Below, piece after piece: positions 62,551-64,000 of a stretch of DNA of 64,000 nt. Location: positions 96,001-160,000 of IMG/VR virus record IMGVR_UViG_3300032268_000973; one strand, given 5' to 3'. Below the pieces are notes generated by a model. That model was not told the DNA's origin and made no database searches. It saw nothing but the letters and a program-made list of their open reading frames with translations. Made by a program: the position numbers and the translations under genes. Origin of the DNA: a virus. Every line of letters begins with the position of its first letter. The first letter of the stretch is position 1.

Positions 62551-64000
62551 ATGAATTTTTTAGATTTAATTAAAGAAGGAAGGGTTGAAGATTTCAAATC
62601 CAAATATGGAAACAAGTTTTCCGACAACCAAATCAATAAGATTATTAAATCTATTCTTCCCAAATACCTTATGTGGGTTGGAAAAACCATCGATCCAATA
62701 GACTTTGAGAGAAGATTTCAATCTTTGTTTTCAACATTGTTGAAGTTCGAAAAAATAGGATCAAATTTGCCAAAGACTGATATCAACGCATACAAAAGTT
62801 TTGATGAATTACTTTCGGCTATTGAAACCTTTCAAAATAGAGAAAAAAGAGATTTTAAACAAGTTCAAGGGGGTAATTTGGTTTATGATGATGGAAAAAT
62901 ATTCGTTGTAAATCCATTGGATCACACATCTTCTTGTTATTATGGGAGGGGGACCAAGTGGTGTACTGCAAGTTCCACTGATACTGCATTCAGGAATTAT
63001 AATAATGAGGGAAAACTTTTTTATATTATTGATAGAACTAAACCAACAGACGATCCACTTTATAAAGTTGCCTACTTGAGAAAATTTGATGGAAACAAAA
63101 TATTTTATAATGCTGTTGACGACCGTATTGATGACGGGTGGATTTTCGGAACCAATCAATTCAAATCATTGTCTGAAAAAGTTGAACAATACTTGGAAAA
63201 TCAGTTTGGAGAACAACTCGAAATATGGAAAAGCTTCGAATTAGCTGAAAAGGAAAGACAGAGACAAAACAGGATGGAGAGAGAACGAATATTGTTACAA
63301 AAACGTAACGCAGCTGAAGAAAGACGTTTAAATGGAGAATGGGATTTGTCTAATCCAAATATAGATGAAGAGGGATTGAAAGCAAACGCCCTTTTGAATT
63401 TTCTTATCGAGGTTGGAGAGGCGCAAGATGATGATCCTGATGCTGGTGACTACATGGATGTCTATAATATTATTCCTGCTGGAGTTTATTATGATACTTC
63501 TGAATTTGAAATAATTGACAATGATTTGGAGTCCAATAGATATGCTGTTGGGACGGATGATGAGATGGACTCGAGTTCTGTATCATATTTGGAAGATATT
63601 ATTAATGACGAAGGAGTTGGTGCATATAACAGAAATTTTTTGTATGATTTTATTGATAAGGAAGCGGTTATAGAGTATGCTCTTGAATACTATCAAAACG
63701 ATATAAGAGATAATGCTGAGGATTATTTTGATGAGTCATTGAGAATGTTGTCTTCGAGACAACAAGAACGAGTTGATTTATTTCGTAATAAAATAGAACA
63801 GAATGAAAAACTAATCAACTTGTTCAAGGAGAAGGGTAATACCGAATGGTTTTCTAAGAAAATAACTGAATTAGAAGAGATAAATGAAGAATATCTCGAA
63901 GAAATAGGATACATTGAAAGTGATCCCGATGGAGACTTCCCTGAGGAAATTATAAATGAAAAAATTGAGGATAATGTAAATTGGGTCAAACAAAATATAA
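62551..64000 (+). CDS. Partial WCT-motif protein (runs off right edge)
   Basis: Open to the window end; MNFLDLIKEG...KYLMW...TDINAYKS...SSCYYGRGTKWCTA...; acidic C-region. Confidence 0.75.
   Translation, partial: MNFLDLIKEGRVEDFKSKYGNKFSDNQINKIIKSILPKYLMWVGKTIDPIDFERRFQSLFSTLLKFEKIGSNLPKTDINAYKSFDELLSAIETFQNREKRDFKQVQGGNLVYDDGKIFVVNPLDHTSSCYYGRGTKWCTASSTDTAFRNYNNEGKLFYIIDRTKPTDDPLYKVAYLRKFDGNKIFYNAVDDRIDDGWIFGTNQFKSLSEKVEQYLENQFGEQLEIWKSFELAEKERQRQNRMERERILLQKRNAAEERRLNGEWDLSNPNIDEEGLKANALLNFLIEVGEAQDDDPDAGDYMDVYNIIPAGVYYDTSEFEIIDNDLESNRYAVGTDDEMDSSSVSYLEDIINDEGVGAYNRNFLYDFIDKEAVIEYALEYYQNDIRDNAEDYFDESLRMLSSRQQERVDLFRNKIEQNEKLINLFKEKGNTEWFSKKITELEEINEEYLEEIGYIESDPDGDFPEEIINEKIEDNVNWVKQNI

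Noticed and set aside
1-64000. Stop-codon reassignment (TAG/TGA recoding, as in some large phages)
   Set aside because: Genes are full-length under code 11, and TAA, TGA and TAG all end genes at sensible boundaries (e.g. TAG at 32199 and 42827).
1-64000. tRNA, rRNA or riboswitch genes
   Set aside because: Intergenic gaps are short and AT-rich, or filled by small ORFs; no cloverleaf or T-loop GTTCGA context recognised. A tRNAscan/Infernal run would be definitive.
1-64000. Eukaryotic giant virus or bacterial chromosome origin
   Set aside because: SET, LRR and DnaJ could suggest NCLDV, but sigma-70, Bacteroidota promoters, amidase and a baseplate-like gene indicate a phage; no ribosomal or core housekeeping operons indicate a chromosome.

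Overview
AT-rich, densely coding 64-kb segment that reads as part of a large (jumbo-type) tailed phage genome, most likely infecting a Bacteroidota host. Host evidence: TTTG-N18/19-TAnnTTTG promoters, a Bacteroidota-type RpoD, an Hc1-like protein and a Gln+1 signal peptide. No rRNA, tRNA, CRISPR array, integrase or transposase was recognised. Layout: (i) 1-21.9 kb, a glycan/modification island with nucleotide-sugar enzymes, a TPP-dependent E1-alpha, a carbamoyltransferase, three 2OG-Fe(II) oxygenases, SET, radical SAM, SGNH, GNAT, FkbM, a 1914-aa seven-domain transferase ending in an Fe-binding autotransporter-type heptosyltransferase, and a GT9; (ii) 22.2-34.4 kb, Thr/Pro-linker, Cys-rich putative virion fibre/adhesin proteins plus a baseplate-like protein; (iii) 34.4-46.1 kb, replication/recombination/repair genes (RuvC, primase, exonuclease, Mre11/Rad50), an R-M-like insert and sigma-70; (iv) 46.2-52 kb, lysis-like and head-associated genes; (v) 52-64 kb, Hc1, DnaJ, Dam, WCT/PcfJ-like paralogues, thioredoxin, glutaredoxin and a degenerate MetK-like gene. 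The most striking feature is a 911-aa protein (6890-9625): an ATP-grasp-like N-terminus followed by four tandem Hint (intein-like) domains separated only by the dipeptides SP, RA and KA, with a terminal K. All family assignments come from motif recognition by eye, with no database search.
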